NCBI GenBank assembly: GCA_030610945.1
Contig: JAUWQV010000001.1
Coordinates: forward strand, 25,901 to 89,900
DNA: 64,000 bases
Direction of reading: 5' to 3'
From: Methanocellales archaeon
GTDB taxonomy: Archaea; Halobacteriota; UBA148; JAUWXC01
Each line of letters opens with the position of its first letter. The first letter of the stretch is position 1. Made by a program: the position numbers and the translations under genes. The notes beneath the pieces were generated by a model that searched no databases, was not told the DNA's origin, and worked only from the letters and a program-made list of their open reading frames with translations. Positions 9,168 to 20,237 of this stretch are shown here, piece after piece.

Positions 9168-11600
9168 TCATGCCTCGCGCAGTACTTCCACTTTGGATTT
9201 CTCCTCTGGCGTCATATATACCCGGATCTTGCTGGGGAATCTATCTGCCACTTCTGTCAGATGTGTGATTAATATGACCCTGTCGAAGAACTCGCCCATG
9301 TCAAACAGTTTCTTGACGAAGAGCCCTCTGCTAACCTCTGTGTCCAGGGAGCCTAAATCGCCTTCATCGATGAACAGCGTTTTCATTCTTCCAAAGGTCC
9401 TGCCAACCTGTGGCATGCTCGCAAGTTCCTTGGCAATCGCGAACCTCAGCGCAGCGTTAATCTGCGTTTTTTCACCACCAGAAAACTCCTGCACATCATG
9501 GAATTCTCCCTCTGCGCCTCCGACATCGATGCGCACGCCGTACCTACTATTTTCCTCATAGGGAACTATTCGGACATTGTTAAAACGCCCGTCCGTTAGG
9601 TCAGATAGATTAGAAGATGTTTCCCTGGCAAGTTGCGGGAGCAGTTGCTCTATTGCATACATCACGATCCCCTTCTTGTGGAATATCTTATCCTTCAGCA
9701 GCGTCAGCACCTCGGCGCTCTCCCGCAGGCCTTTAAGAGTGACCTCAAGCGATTCTATTTGCTGGCTAATCGCCTGAAGGTCTGCTATCTCCGTTCCCAG
9801 TCGCCTCGCCTCCCCTTCTTTTCCATGAATAATGGCTTCAATGCCTCTCATTCTTTCCTGCAATTCCCTTAACTCACGCTCCGCCACTTCGTAGTTACTT
9901 TCAGACACTTCAAGCAGTTTCAGCGACTGTTGCAGCTGTTCTAATTCCATCCCCTTTTGCCCCTTCTGAGTAGTCAAATCCTCGATGAGTTTCGAGACGT
10001 CGCCAATCCGGTCAAGTTCATTTCTTTTCTGCTCGAGTTCGGTCTTCTTCCGGCGCAAGTCCTCCAGTTTCTGCCCTAACTCCTTGAGCTGTTCCTGCTC
10101 TGAAACTCTAAATCCAGCAGAATCGACCTCAGCCTGAATTTCCTTTATCCTTGCATCAATCTCTCCCCGTTTCACACGATATGCTTCCTCCTCCCTTTCC
10201 ATATCGCCCTTGATTCGCACCATCTGGCTCTGCAATTCGGAGAGGATAAAGGAATCCGCATTTATTCTCGACGCCTGGGAAGAAAGGATGTTTAGTTCAT
10301 TTTTCGACGTCTCCCGCTCCCTGGCAAGACTGGCAATAAGTTCGTCCCTGCCACTTAACCATTCAATTTCCTTTTCGATCCTTGTGATGCGCTCGCCGAG
10401 TGCGCCCTCTTTCCTGAGAAGCGAAAATGCCTCATCCTTCCCTATGTCAGTGGTGATTTTGCCAAGTCTTTCTTCCTGTGCACTTATCAGAGAGGAGAGT
10501 CGCTCCACCTCGTGTTGATGTTCGTCAGCCATCGTGCGCTTCTGGTTTTCGTATATCTGCATACGTTCCCGCAACTCTGTGGTTTTGCGCTCCTTTTCCT
10601 TCAGTACATCCCATTTAGATTGCATCGATTCATAGCCACTTGTCTCCTCACCCAGTTGGGCAATCGATTGCTTTAGTTCCATTGCCTTTTGATTATCTTC
10701 GCGTGCCTTTGTGATTTTTGCGCCCATTTCGGCTACGGCTCTGGACATTTCGGATGCCTTTGCTCTCATCTCCACAAATCTCTCATGTTCGCTTTTCAAC
10801 TTCGCTAACAAGCCTTCCTTTTCTGTAATCGCCCTCTGCAACTCGCTTAATCTTGCCTTTTTGCCCTCGACCTCTTTTTTCATCGCAGTGAGTTCTTCTT
10901 GCTTCTCTGGAAGTTTCGCCTGCTGCTCCATACGCACGGTTAGCTCTGACGTCACGCCCTCTATCTTCAATCTGATGCCATTCACTTTCTCTGCCACGAT
11001 GTTTTGCGCTTTTTCAAATACCTCCAGCCTGAAGAGTTTTTGGAAAATCTCGAGCCTGTCAGCACCACTTTGCGCACCTAACTCCTTCATCTCGTCCTGC
11101 CTAACGAAGGTTGAGTTTCTGAAGCCCACATAATCCAGGCCGATGATTTCCTGTACTTTCGCATCCAGTTCAGGGATAGAGCCGCTAATCGGCAGACCGT
11201 TTCTTTTAAGAGCGATATAGGAGGCCCCAGAGGAGGTTAGCCCGCGCACCACCTCATATTGGTCGCGCTCTTGTGCAAACGTTATCTTGACATGTCCCCC
11301 TGGCTGGCATATATCATCGATTTTGACATTCGGCAAATCCGTCCTGGAAGTGCGCTTGTACAACGCAAAGGTGATCGCGTCCAACAGGGATGTCTTGCCC
11401 GAGCCCGTTTTACCCACAATCACGGTAAATTTCTGCGGGAAATGAATCGTGCATTTGTCCAGGTATCTCATGAAGCCCTTGAGCTCAATCTCACTTATAA
11501 CAAAACCATCGCTGCTGCTTATGGGGATTTCAACAGGCGTTTCCCTTGCATCCTCCAACACCACATCCCCTAAGAACGATGCCAGCGTCCTACTCTGCAT
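9168..11600 (-). CDS. rad50: DNA double-strand break repair ATPase Rad50
   Basis: 810 aa. N-terminal Walker A (GKTGSGKTSLLDAI), a long coiled coil, and C-terminal signature (FSGGEKT) and D-loop (LFIDEG). Adjacent to mre11. Confidence 0.9.
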   Translation of the reverse strand: MQSRTLASFLGDVVLEDARETPVEIPISSSDGFVISEIELKGFMRYLDKCTIHFPQKFTVIVGKTGSGKTSLLDAITFALYKRTSRTDLPNVKIDDICQPGGHVKITFAQERDQYEVVRGLTSSGASYIALKRNGLPISGSIPELDAKVQEIIGLDYVGFRNSTFVRQDEMKELGAQSGADRLEIFQKLFRLEVFEKAQNIVAEKVNGIRLKIEGVTSELTVRMEQQAKLPEKQEELTAMKKEVEGKKARLSELQRAITEKEGLLAKLKSEHERFVEMRAKASEMSRAVAEMGAKITKAREDNQKAMELKQSIAQLGEETSGYESMQSKWDVLKEKERKTTELRERMQIYENQKRTMADEHQHEVERLSSLISAQEERLGKITTDIGKDEAFSLLRKEGALGERITRIEKEIEWLSGRDELIASLARERETSKNELNILSSQASRINADSFILSELQSQMVRIKGDMEREEEAYRVKRGEIDARIKEIQAEVDSAGFRVSEQEQLKELGQKLEDLRRKKTELEQKRNELDRIGDVSKLIEDLTTQKGQKGMELEQLQQSLKLLEVSESNYEVAERELRELQERMRGIEAIIHGKEGEARRLGTEIADLQAISQQIESLEVTLKGLRESAEVLTLLKDKIFHKKGIVMYAIEQLLPQLARETSSNLSDLTDGRFNNVRIVPYEENSRYGVRIDVGGAEGEFHDVQEFSGGEKTQINAALRFAIAKELASMPQVGRTFGRMKTLFIDEGDLGSLDTEVSRGLFVKKLFDMGEFFDRVILITHLTEVADRFPSKIRVYMTPEEKSKVEVLREA

Positions 11601-12789
11601 GCAGCACCTCCTTCAGCGCATTCCTGCCTTCCTCCAGCAGCTTTTCGCGCTTGGGGTGGGTTTGATAATTTGAATCGATGAATTTCCTGAGTAATTCAAA
11701 TGGATCCATTGTGTAGCTGGTGAATCCAACCTTTTCTCCCGATTTTTCGTGCCAGTGCACATCATAGTTAAACGCGCCGTTTAGCCTTTCAGCAATCTTG
11801 TACTCGGCGACCTTGCCCCTTACCCCTTCGTCAATTTCTATTTCCAAACGGACCAACTTGTCTGTCACGTCCGGAATGGCATCTAAAATTTTTAGAGTCG
11901 GATCATCGTTTGCAGTCACTTCCACGTTAATCTTCAGCATGTCCCTTGTCGGCAACTCCACGAATCGCCATTTCTCCTGCTCGGATGGGCTGATTACAAC
12001 AAAGCCCTTCTTGTCGTCTTTTTCCCCCCAATCAATTCTCTCGACTGCGCCCGTATACACAATCTCAGTCCCCTGAGCATGCATTACCTGATGGAAGTGG
12101 ATGTGCCCAAAAACCGCAAGGTCCACAGCAGGGACCATATCCTTTCTGAATGAGAACTCGCCTGGCAAGACCTCCGGATATGCGAGTCTCTCCCCCAATC
12201 TTGCACCCTCGACATAGTAATGGGCAAGCAGAAGTTTAAAATCTGCATTTAACTCATCAGACCGGTCATGAATCCACTGTTTCAAAAATTCCTGGCCCTG
12301 GGAGAAGAGCTGCTCTTGTGGAATTTCCCTGTCCGATTCGCCAACCAGGCCTGCGATGTCCGCCGGATGCATGTATGGAATGATAATGCAGCCAATAACC
12401 TTGCCATCAATCTCAAATCTCTCCACCGCTGGCTTCCGATACACGCTGACATGAGGATAACCCCTAAAATCATCGATGGATGTGCCCCTGTTGCCATGGG
12501 GCTGGTCATGATTGCCCGCAAGTATCCAGACCTTGATATTTGCCCTTGCTAACGGCTCGATGACATCCCTCCTAACCAGTTCGCGAAAGGTTGGACTGAC
12601 ATGCGTCCTGTCAAAAAGGTCGCCGACGATGATGAAGAGTTTTGCGCCGTTATTGATGGCAAACTGAGCTGCCCTGGCAAAATTGTTATGGATGTCAAAA
12701 ACCCTTTTTGAAAGGCCTGTTTCCGGGTCGATCTGGAACCCAAAATTAACGCCCTCGTGAACATCTCCTACGACGATGATTTCATTCAT
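11590..12789 (-). CDS. mre11: DNA repair nuclease Mre11
   Basis: Calcineurin-like phosphoesterase motifs (VVGDVHEG, GDLFD, GNHD). Overlaps rad50 in an operon. Start placed at the internal Met (MNEIIVVGD). Confidence 0.85.
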   Translation of the reverse strand: MNEIIVVGDVHEGVNFGFQIDPETGLSKRVFDIHNNFARAAQFAINNGAKLFIIVGDLFDRTHVSPTFRELVRRDVIEPLARANIKVWILAGNHDQPHGNRGTSIDDFRGYPHVSVYRKPAVERFEIDGKVIGCIIIPYMHPADIAGLVGESDREIPQEQLFSQGQEFLKQWIHDRSDELNADFKLLLAHYYVEGARLGERLAYPEVLPGEFSFRKDMVPAVDLAVFGHIHFHQVMHAQGTEIVYTGAVERIDWGEKDDKKGFVVISPSEQEKWRFVELPTRDMLKINVEVTANDDPTLKILDAIPDVTDKLVRLEIEIDEGVRGKVAEYKIAERLNGAFNYDVHWHEKSGEKVGFTSYTMDPFELLRKFIDSNYQTHPKREKLLEEGRNALKEVLHAE

Positions 12790-12893
12790 TGTTGTCACTG
12801 ACTCTTTATATTGGTTAGTTAAAAGGTTTGTCGATATGGAGTAAAACAAATCAAGCGATAACTTTTTTGCCATCTACATCATAGCTTGATGCG

Positions 12894-13133
12894 GTGAATA
12901 ACATGGTCGTCGGAGTTACAATGATAAACGTCGTTCCAGGAGAAGAAAGGTCAGTCTATAACGAACTGATGAAAATGGGGGAGATCAAAGATGTCTTCCA
13001 CGTATTTGGTGAGTATGACTTCGTCGTGGTCATGGAAGTCGAGGGTCTGAGCACCCTGAACAAGCTGGTGGACCAGATAAGGGAAATAAATGGTGTCACG
13101 GCAACCAAAACTATCGTTGGTGCCGAGCTTTAA
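12894..13133 (+). CDS. Stand-alone Lrp/AsnC C-terminal (RAM) ligand-binding domain protein
   Basis: 79 aa. Resembles an AsnC-type regulatory domain without the HTH (…VFHVFGEYDFVVVMEV…). Confidence 0.6.
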   Translation: MNNMVVGVTMINVVPGEERSVYNELMKMGEIKDVFHVFGEYDFVVVMEVEGLSTLNKLVDQIREINGVTATKTIVGAEL

Positions 13134-13312
13134 TTTGCGTATTTTAAATATATTTCAAAACATAGATCTAGAGAGGATGATAAACGCAGTGATGCAAGGG
13201 TGTAAACTCGGAAAAATAGCAGTAACAGTTAAATAATTGCCCAGCATATTATATGCAGGGGTGGGCAAAAACACCTCTTTTTGACTTTATTAGTCGTATG
13301 AAAGGTGAGTGA

Positions 13313-15184
13313 ATGGCAAACTTGATTGCAGAGGAATTAGCAAAGAAGCAAAAAGCGATAAGCGTTGCTGAGTTCTTTGAAAAGAACAAGCAAATACTCG
13401 GATTCGACTCGGCGCCGAGATGTCTTATTACATGCGTCAAAGAGGCAGTAGATAATGCATTGGATGCCTGCGAGGAAGCTGGCATTCTTCCTGATATTTT
13501 AGTGCAAATTGAGAAAGCAGACAGAAATAACTATAGAATCATAGTCGAGGACAATGGCCCTGGAATCGTCAAAGCACAGATACCGAGAATTTTTGGTAAA
13601 TTGCTCTATGGCTCACGATTTCACGAACTAAGGCAGAGTAGGGGGCAGCAAGGCATCGGCATCTCAGCAGCAGTGCTTTATTCACAGCTAACATCGGGAA
13701 AGCCCACCAAGATCACCTCTAGAATCGGGAAAGACCGGCCCGCGCATTATTATGAATTAATCATCAATACCAAGACCAACGAGCCGGAGATTGTAGCCGA
13801 AAATGTGGTCGAGTGGGATAGACCGCATGGAACCAGGAGCGAGATGGAACTGGAGGGCGCATATGTCAAAGGGCGCCGCCAGTCCGTCTATGAATATCTC
13901 AAGGACACGGCAATTGTGAACCCGCATGCACGAATCACGTTAATTGAACCTGATGGCAATGAGGAGATGTTTGAGCGCGTAACTGACCAGGCGCCCCTAA
14001 AAGCGGATGCGATTAGGCCACATCCAGAAGGGACAGAACTGGGCACTCTAATCAAGATGCTCAGATACACAGACCGCTACAAGCTGATGTCGTTTTTGAT
14101 GAACGAATTTGCCAGGATAGGACGAAAGACAGCTGAAGATCTGTGCAAAGTTGCAAACCTAGACCTAGAGGCGAATCCAAACGACCTATCAAGAGATCAG
14201 GCATTGCGACTTCTGGAGGCGTTCAAAACCGTCAAGATAACGGCCCCTCCCACTGACTGCCTATCGCCAATTGGCAAGGACTTAATCTATAAAGGGTTGG
14301 AGAAGGAGTACAACGTCGACTTCATCACAACCACCACGAGACCGCCTGCAGTGCATTCTGGCAACCCGTTCGTGGTCGAGGCGGGCATCGCCTATGGCGG
14401 CAGTCTGCCGAAAGAGGATAAAATTACCATACTTAGGTTTGCTAACAGGGTGCCGCTGCTGTACCAGCAGGGCGGATGTGCTATTACGCACGCCATCGAG
14501 AGGATGAATTGGAGGCAGTACGATGTGGACCAACCGGGGGGGAGTGGGATTCCTATCGGTCCGATAGTCGTGTCCATCCATGTCGCATCCACGAAGGTTC
14601 CGTTTACGTCTGAATCCAAGGATGCAATAGCGGATATACCAGAGATAATAGACGAGGTTGAATTAACAGTCAGGCATATTGCCAGAGACTTGAGAAATTA
14701 CCTTTCGAGGCAGAAATTGCTGGAGAAGCGCAAGGAAAAAGAGGAGATTATCAAGAAGGTTCTGCCAAAAATGGTCACAAAGGTCTCTTCAATCCTTGGA
14801 AAAGAGGAGCCCGACATTATGCCAATTGTGGCGAACATCATGGGCAATGTCCTTGTCCAGCGGAAAATCACGGGAGATAATGACCAGCGCGAGGTAACGA
14901 TTCGACTTAAAAACTTTGGGGAGCATGCGAGGACGTTCAAATTGCATGAACTGTCCAAATATGAACTCGTAAAGGCGGACCCAGCAGCAAAGGTTGTGGA
15001 AATGAATGGCGATGCCGCCCAGATATGGAAGATATCGCTTAAACCAAACGAGGAAAGAATGCTGCAATATAGCATCAAGCACGATGGAGATCTAGAATTC
15101 CCCATGCCCGTAGTCGAGGACATAGATGGCGAACTGGTCACCGGTGCAAGGGCTTTAGAGCTGGAAGGGGTTGAGGAAGAATGA
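13313..15184 (+). CDS. top6B: DNA topoisomerase VI subunit B
   Basis: GHKL ATPase (Bergerat fold) motifs ([22 protein letters not shown]). 623 aa. Overlaps top6A. Confidence 0.9.
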   Translation: MANLIAEELAKKQKAISVAEFFEKNKQILGFDSAPRCLITCVKEAVDNALDACEEAGILPDILVQIEKADRNNYRIIVEDNGPGIVKAQIPRIFGKLLYGSRFHELRQSRGQQGIGISAAVLYSQLTSGKPTKITSRIGKDRPAHYYELIINTKTNEPEIVAENVVEWDRPHGTRSEMELEGAYVKGRRQSVYEYLKDTAIVNPHARITLIEPDGNEEMFERVTDQAPLKADAIRPHPEGTELGTLIKMLRYTDRYKLMSFLMNEFARIGRKTAEDLCKVANLDLEANPNDLSRDQALRLLEAFKTVKITAPPTDCLSPIGKDLIYKGLEKEYNVDFITTTTRPPAVHSGNPFVVEAGIAYGGSLPKEDKITILRFANRVPLLYQQGGCAITHAIERMNWRQYDVDQPGGSGIPIGPIVVSIHVASTKVPFTSESKDAIADIPEIIDEVELTVRHIARDLRNYLSRQKLLEKRKEKEEIIKKVLPKMVTKVSSILGKEEPDIMPIVANIMGNVLVQRKITGDNDQREVTIRLKNFGEHARTFKLHELSKYELVKADPAAKVVEMNGDAAQIWKISLKPNEERMLQYSIKHDGDLEFPMPVVEDIDGELVTGARALELEGVEEE

Positions 15185-16281
15185 GCGCAAAAGTGAAAAC
15201 AAGAGAAAAAGATGAACTGACAAAGAAAAAACTGCTCGACCTCATAAAAGAGTTTTACGGCCAATTACAGAGTGAGCAGGTTCCGTACCTCAATCTGCCG
15301 ACCAGGACAAAAGCCAATATTGAGTATAATGATGTATCAGAGGTGTGGGTTTACGGCAGCAGAGAGAGCATGAGGAGTGCAAAAACCGTTAGGGGTGCAT
15401 ACCAGTTACTCAAAACCTCGTATGTAGTAGATTTTCTGAATGCCCAGTTAGACCAGTCAAAATCTTCCACGTTGAGAGAGCTGTACTATATCTCCGAGAA
15501 CTGGGATTTGGCAAAATTCAGGGAACAGCAGGAAAGCGACAGGCTGATTGAAGACCTAGAAATCGTGAGCGAATTGCAAAGGGAGAACTTCCATATCAGG
15601 CCAGAGGAGGATGGCGCCTCTATCATAGGCCCCATTAAAATCAAGGAGCAGACGAGAAGGGGCACAAAAGTAATCCATTGCCAGGATGATGTCGGCGATG
15701 CCGGATACCAGATCCCAAATAATGTTAATAATATAGAGTTCTTGGAGCACGATGCAAAAATGATAGTGGCGATAGAGACTGGTGGTATGAAGGACAGGTT
15801 GATTGAGAACGGCTTTGATGAAAAGTTTAACGCAATTATCGTGCACCTGAAAGGCCAGCCGGCCAGAAGCACACGACGGTTGCTCAAACGGATGAATGAA
15901 GAGTTGAAGATTCCGGTAGTAGTATTCACCGATGCGGACCCGTGGTCCTATAGGATATTCGCCTCCGTGGCGTATGGGGCAATTAAGAGTGCTCACCTAT
16001 CAGAATACATGGCAACTCCTGCAGCGCAGTTCATCGGCATTAGCCCTTCGGACATAGTCAGCTACGAATTACCGACCGATAAGTTGTCTGACCAGGACAT
16101 AAAGGCACTGCACTCGATGCTCTCTGACCCGAGATTCAAAACGGAGTTCTGGGAGAATGAGATTAACCTACAACTTGAGTTAAACAAGAAGAGCGAGCAA
16201 CAGTCACTGGCAAAGTATGGACTGGATTACGTGACGGACAAATATCTGCCAGAGCGCCTGACTGAGATGGGCGTAATTTAG
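15181..16281 (+). CDS. top6A: DNA topoisomerase VI subunit A (Spo11-like)
   Basis: 366 aa. Winged-helix and Toprim-like regions. Start is translationally coupled to top6B. Confidence 0.9.
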   Translation: MSAKVKTREKDELTKKKLLDLIKEFYGQLQSEQVPYLNLPTRTKANIEYNDVSEVWVYGSRESMRSAKTVRGAYQLLKTSYVVDFLNAQLDQSKSSTLRELYYISENWDLAKFREQQESDRLIEDLEIVSELQRENFHIRPEEDGASIIGPIKIKEQTRRGTKVIHCQDDVGDAGYQIPNNVNNIEFLEHDAKMIVAIETGGMKDRLIENGFDEKFNAIIVHLKGQPARSTRRLLKRMNEELKIPVVVFTDADPWSYRIFASVAYGAIKSAHLSEYMATPAAQFIGISPSDIVSYELPTDKLSDQDIKALHSMLSDPRFKTEFWENEINLQLELNKKSEQQSLAKYGLDYVTDKYLPERLTEMGVI

Positions 16282-17129
16282 AGCCTCTCGATTTTTCTGA
16301 AGGTGGATACCTCGCGCAGCAGATTGTGCAGCGTTGGTGGCAATTTTCCCTTCAGCATGTAAATGCTCCATGCATAATACGCATAAGCGTAGATGCCGAG
16401 AACGATATAAAGAGAGCCGAACATAATCTCGCTCGGCAGCAGGATATCCATAAGGATTGTGATAGTCGGGATTACCAGAATTGGCACACAGCCCCAGACC
16501 CAGATGCCAAGATTATACCACATGTTGTATTCGGTGGTAATGCCAAGCCACCATATGAAGAACATCGCTGTAATGACATATGGCACAAATCCCCTAGGAT
16601 ACTGCACCATAAACACGAACGCTGCGAATGTGATGTTTATCAGCACGACGATTTTAATGAGAAATGCGATTGGGTCAGATGAAGCTATCAGGTCACTTAA
16701 TCTTGGAGAGGTTACGCCACCAACCATTTTCATGCTACCAGATGAATCAATGCGCTCCTTGAGGTCGTCGATGCTTGTGTCCACCATATCCATCTTTCTA
16801 ATTACTCCCTCCAAATCGACGCGTACCCCTGCAATCTCCCTGAGTAGTGGCTTTAGCCGCTCGTACACACCTTCTTCAAACACAGTGTCCATCAAGCTCT
16901 CAAATAAAAGTGCCTGCTTGATTACGGAGAATGCGCCCAGCCCTGCACCTATGCCGATAAACAAGATGATTGAATTCTTGACGAGTTCCAACTTGCTGAA
17001 TTCGTCGGTAAAAACATAGATTAACGGGAATATGGAGATATAAATCAGGAATAGGGACGCGCACAGGGCGCAAAATATGTTTAACTTCTGGATAAGCGAT
17101 AATCGCTGCCTTGTGCCTATGCGTTCCAT
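16278..17129 (-). CDS. Hypothetical polytopic membrane protein, last gene of the cytochrome module
   Basis: Hydrophobic N-terminal and C-terminal halves separated by a soluble segment. Start set at the internal Met (MERIGTRQ) to avoid overlap with the upstream cytochrome. Confidence 0.45.
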   Translation of the reverse strand: MERIGTRQRLSLIQKLNIFCALCASLFLIYISIFPLIYVFTDEFSKLELVKNSIILFIGIGAGLGAFSVIKQALLFESLMDTVFEEGVYERLKPLLREIAGVRVDLEGVIRKMDMVDTSIDDLKERIDSSGSMKMVGGVTSPRLSDLIASSDPIAFLIKIVVLINITFAAFVFMVQYPRGFVPYVITAMFFIWWLGITTEYNMWYNLGIWVWGCVPILVIPTITILMDILLPSEIMFGSLYIVLGIYAYAYYAWSIYMLKGKLPPTLHNLLREVSTFRKIERL

Positions 17130-17157
17130 AGTGCTCTCTTTTCTTATCTTTATGATA

Positions 17158-17964
17158 TCACATATATCTTTGCTTCGTTGGATTTTGAGCATCATGCAGA
17201 TAATGAGTAGTGCTCACGGGAACCGGATTCACCCCGATATGGCTGTGACATCCCATGCAGGTCCAGAAGCCCTTGGATATATACATACTGTTAGGAGCAA
17301 CGTTTCCGCCGGGCTGGCCGAATGGGCTTCCGTCAACGTGGGATGATTCCTCTTTACTGGCACTGGCATAAAACGGCACATGAATGTTGCCCTCGCTCAA
17401 TAAATAGCCCGCGTGCACAACGCTTGAAGAGGTGTCCGGGAACAAATCCGGATCGTTGTATTGATTAACCGCATTGCCGTGACACCTGTCATCATCGCAG
17501 CCCCTCGCAGTCGTGTTCGTATGCGTGGCGCTGATGCCAAAGAGCGTTGCCTTGTGGCACAGGAAGCACATCTCATCAGTGGTGATATTTCCGCGACCGT
17601 CTTCATCAAGGCTCACAAGCAATAGTTTTCCATCGCTGTCCCTCTGCCATTTTCCCTCAGTGATGTTCCATGTCCATATACCCTTGTCAGTTGTGTTTAT
17701 CACCCCATTTACTGCATCGTAATCGATTCCGCCAATCGCCAGGTATGTGGTATAGTTTACATTGCCTGCCGCCCTCTTATGCGCTACAAATGCAGGCTCG
17801 CTCATATTTGCGCTCAATTGCTCCGCCACGTCGTTATGGCAGCGCAGGCATCCTACTCTGCTCGCAAAAAGGTGCTGGCCCGCGAATAAAGAGTAAACTG
17901 CTGGCAGCACGAATAATATCATGGCTACCATCGCAATGATTAATAGTACGGTCTTTTGTTTCAC
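17158..17964 (-). CDS. Multihaem c-type cytochrome (3 CxxCH plus one CX4CH-like site), secreted
   Basis: CLRCH, CFLCH and CMGCH, plus CDDDRCH. N-terminal signal peptide with a conserved ...LFVLPAVYSLFAGQH segment shared with the 18852-19424 paralogue. Many N-x-S/T sequons. Confidence 0.8.
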   Translation of the reverse strand: MKQKTVLLIIAMVAMILFVLPAVYSLFAGQHLFASRVGCLRCHNDVAEQLSANMSEPAFVAHKRAAGNVNYTTYLAIGGIDYDAVNGVINTTDKGIWTWNITEGKWQRDSDGKLLLVSLDEDGRGNITTDEMCFLCHKATLFGISATHTNTTARGCDDDRCHGNAVNQYNDPDLFPDTSSSVVHAGYLLSEGNIHVPFYASASKEESSHVDGSPFGQPGGNVAPNSMYISKGFWTCMGCHSHIGVNPVPVSTTHYLHDAQNPTKQRYM

Positions 17965-18009
17965 AGACTACCACCATCGAGTATTTATATAATTTATATG
18001 TTATATTGA

Positions 18010-18741
18010 CTAAATACTTTTTGTACGAAATTCTTCGAGAGTCATGTAGAGGTAGAGCGCAATCATGAGGACAAACAGCATAAGTCCTGCAGTCTGCACC
18101 GATTGCACCAGCGTTTTTACGAACCCAAATTCCTCCCCGTATTTGCCAATCCTTGCTATGCTCGCATCCTCGATGAAGTAATTGCCCAGGTCCTTGATTA
18201 CTATGGGCTTTTTATTGAACAGGATTGCCTGTCCTTGGATATCGTCCCTGTGCACGACCCAGGGATCAACTCGGGGATTGGCATCACCTTTGGTCCTGTA
18301 TACGCTGTCCTCGACGGAGTAGACCCTGTGTACCACGGGATTGAATACCTGTGATGTATGGAACATGATGATGTCCCCCTCCTGCAGGTCCACGAAAAGG
18401 TTCTGCATCAGGATTAAGTCGCCCTTATTGAATGCCGGCGCCATAGAGCCCGAGCCAATCGCCACGAAGGCGATGATATTCAGGTAAAGGATTATTCCCA
18501 AGAGCACCACGATGACTAATGGCAGCGCAGACATCACGATGCGCGGTCTTTTAGAAAGTTCCTCATACCTGCGCATGATTATGTCGACCTTGTCCTCCCT
18601 GTTGCGCTCAACAAATTTATCTGCGATTTTCCCGAGCAAGGCAAATGGATAGATGGAGCTCCTTCTCTTGACCATGTAGAGCGCGCAGAATAGGATTGCC
18701 AAAATGCCAGTCCAGATGATTAAGCCAATCGTATTGCTCAT
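18010..18741 (-). CDS. Type I signal peptidase (S26 family, archaeal Sec11-like)
   Basis: Catalytic Ser box GSGSMAP and His box (HRV). Flanking TM segments. 243 aa. Confidence 0.75.
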   Translation of the reverse strand: MSNTIGLIIWTGILAILFCALYMVKRRSSIYPFALLGKIADKFVERNREDKVDIIMRRYEELSKRPRIVMSALPLVIVVLLGIILYLNIIAFVAIGSGSMAPAFNKGDLILMQNLFVDLQEGDIIMFHTSQVFNPVVHRVYSVEDSVYRTKGDANPRVDPWVVHRDDIQGQAILFNKKPIVIKDLGNYFIEDASIARIGKYGEEFGFVKTLVQSVQTAGLMLFVLMIALYLYMTLEEFRTKSI

Positions 18742-18851
18742 ACCAGCCTCAGACGATATTCAACATCTTCAATAAAAAGAAGATATAAACTAAAAAAGAA
18801 AAAGATGGTGGTCTTAAACCACCATTTTATTGCTTAGTTGTCGCAGTTACC

Positions 18852-19424
18852 TCAGTAACCGCCACCAGATGTCGTGGTCTCGTTGGTGCCTTCTGCAGTG
18901 AAGTCACTGAGGACCCATTCGCCTGCATCGTGTCCAGCTGTAAAGCTCAGAGTGGTTGCCCTTTGCCATGTGATGTTCACGCCGATGTGTGTGTGGCATC
19001 CAATACAGGCTTCATTAGCGCCCTCCATCAGAGTTGCATCATCTGCGCCTGCGTCTCGATAGAACTCTGTGTGAGATTCGTCTATAGCGTTCAGCTCAAC
19101 TGCTACATTGTCGTGACATACAATGCACTGCGGTGATATCGAAGCGTGCTGGGCATCGCTGCTGAATTGCGTACCGCTCATGCCACCACCATCATCACCC
19201 TTAGCATGTCCTTTGGTCTGGTGACAAAATTGGCAGCTCATTCCCTCGTGAGCCGTGCCCGCTTTTAATTCATCGTATTCCGCACCGTGGCATTTACCAC
19301 ACTGGACGTCTTCTCCCTCAATGAACTGATGCTGCCCTGCAAACAATGAAAGCGCTGATGGCAGTACGAACAGGCCAACTGCTAACACTGCGCATACTAA
19401 CACAAGTGTTTTATTTCTTACCAT
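18852..19424 (-). CDS. Tetrahaem c-type cytochrome, secreted
   Basis: CGKCH, CQFCH, CIVCH and CIGCH. N-terminal signal ...LFVLPSALSLFAGQH and C-terminal ...CHTHIGVN are shared with the 17158-17964 paralogue. Confidence 0.8.
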   Translation of the reverse strand: MVRNKTLVLVCAVLAVGLFVLPSALSLFAGQHQFIEGEDVQCGKCHGAEYDELKAGTAHEGMSCQFCHQTKGHAKGDDGGGMSGTQFSSDAQHASISPQCIVCHDNVAVELNAIDESHTEFYRDAGADDATLMEGANEACIGCHTHIGVNITWQRATTLSFTAGHDAGEWVLSDFTAEGTNETTTSGGGY

Positions 19425-19548
19425 TTTGTTTTCTCCCTTTAATCATTCACATTTTATTAGGGGACGCCTTGCACTTGGCGCCATAAATCCCACTTAGGAT
19501 CTTCTTAGGTGGTTGTTTGCTCTGTAAATATATAAATTCTTTGCTATG

Positions 19549-19959
19549 TTAGTCCCAAACCATCGTAATCTCGTTATTCGCAACGTAACCGCCGGATTCA
19601 TCCACAATTTGCACCCAGATACGCAACGTATCGCCTGATTTCGGCTCTTTTCCGTCTTTGAAGCCGGCGGTGAGTTCATAGGTTCTTGGCCCTGTGTAGT
19701 CCGTGGACGTCCAGAAGTTGATCATGTCCGTGCCTTGCAAAACCCACACATACACGCCCGGCATATGCGGCGGATAATCCTTCGGGCGCTTGAGTGCATC
19801 CATGGCGCCCTGCTCAGCCTCAATGGTTTCGATGGTTGGCGCATCAGTCGTGCCGCCAATCGTTGTCGTGACCTTCAGGATTGGCACGGTAAGACAGCCA
19901 GAAATGCTGGTGACGAGGAAGATGATTAGGATTAAGGAAAATAGTTTGGAAATCTTCAT
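19549..19959 (-). CDS. Putative lipoprotein/secreted protein, hypothetical
   Basis: N-terminal signal with lipobox-like ISGC. No recognisable domain. First gene of the co-directional cytochrome module. Confidence 0.45.
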   Translation of the reverse strand: MKISKLFSLILIIFLVTSISGCLTVPILKVTTTIGGTTDAPTIETIEAEQGAMDALKRPKDYPPHMPGVYVWVLQGTDMINFWTSTDYTGPRTYELTAGFKDGKEPKSGDTLRIWVQIVDESGGYVANNEITMVWD

Positions 19960-20237
19960 CTGTGATACTTCCATATTATATAACCCTTCAAACGCTGATA
20001 AAAGTCTTCCTTTGGTTTATTTAAATCTTTTTATCTAATTGACGAAGTTCTACTGTTAACCTAATCTTTGTCCGCTGATATGATTCTAATGCTCCGCCAT
20101 TTCTTCTAACTCCTCGATTGGCACGTGCTTGGACTTTTTTGTGCCGATTAATACCCTAAGCGGGTCTTTTATCGTTCTAAATCTCTTGATTGTAGCCTCT
20201 TTAACCATAGAATCCCCGTGATTTTTTAAATTTAAAT

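Noticed and set aside
9142-12764. Plus-strand and internal ORFs overlapping rad50/mre11
   Set aside because: They are antisense or out of frame relative to the clearly conserved Rad50 and Mre11 frames. No motifs.
13134-13312. C/D-box-like sRNA motifs (gatga...) between the Lrp-domain gene and top6B
   Set aside because: Only a partial C-box-like string. There is no D box (CUGA) at the right spacing and no terminal stem, so it is most likely just the top6B promoter/5'UTR.
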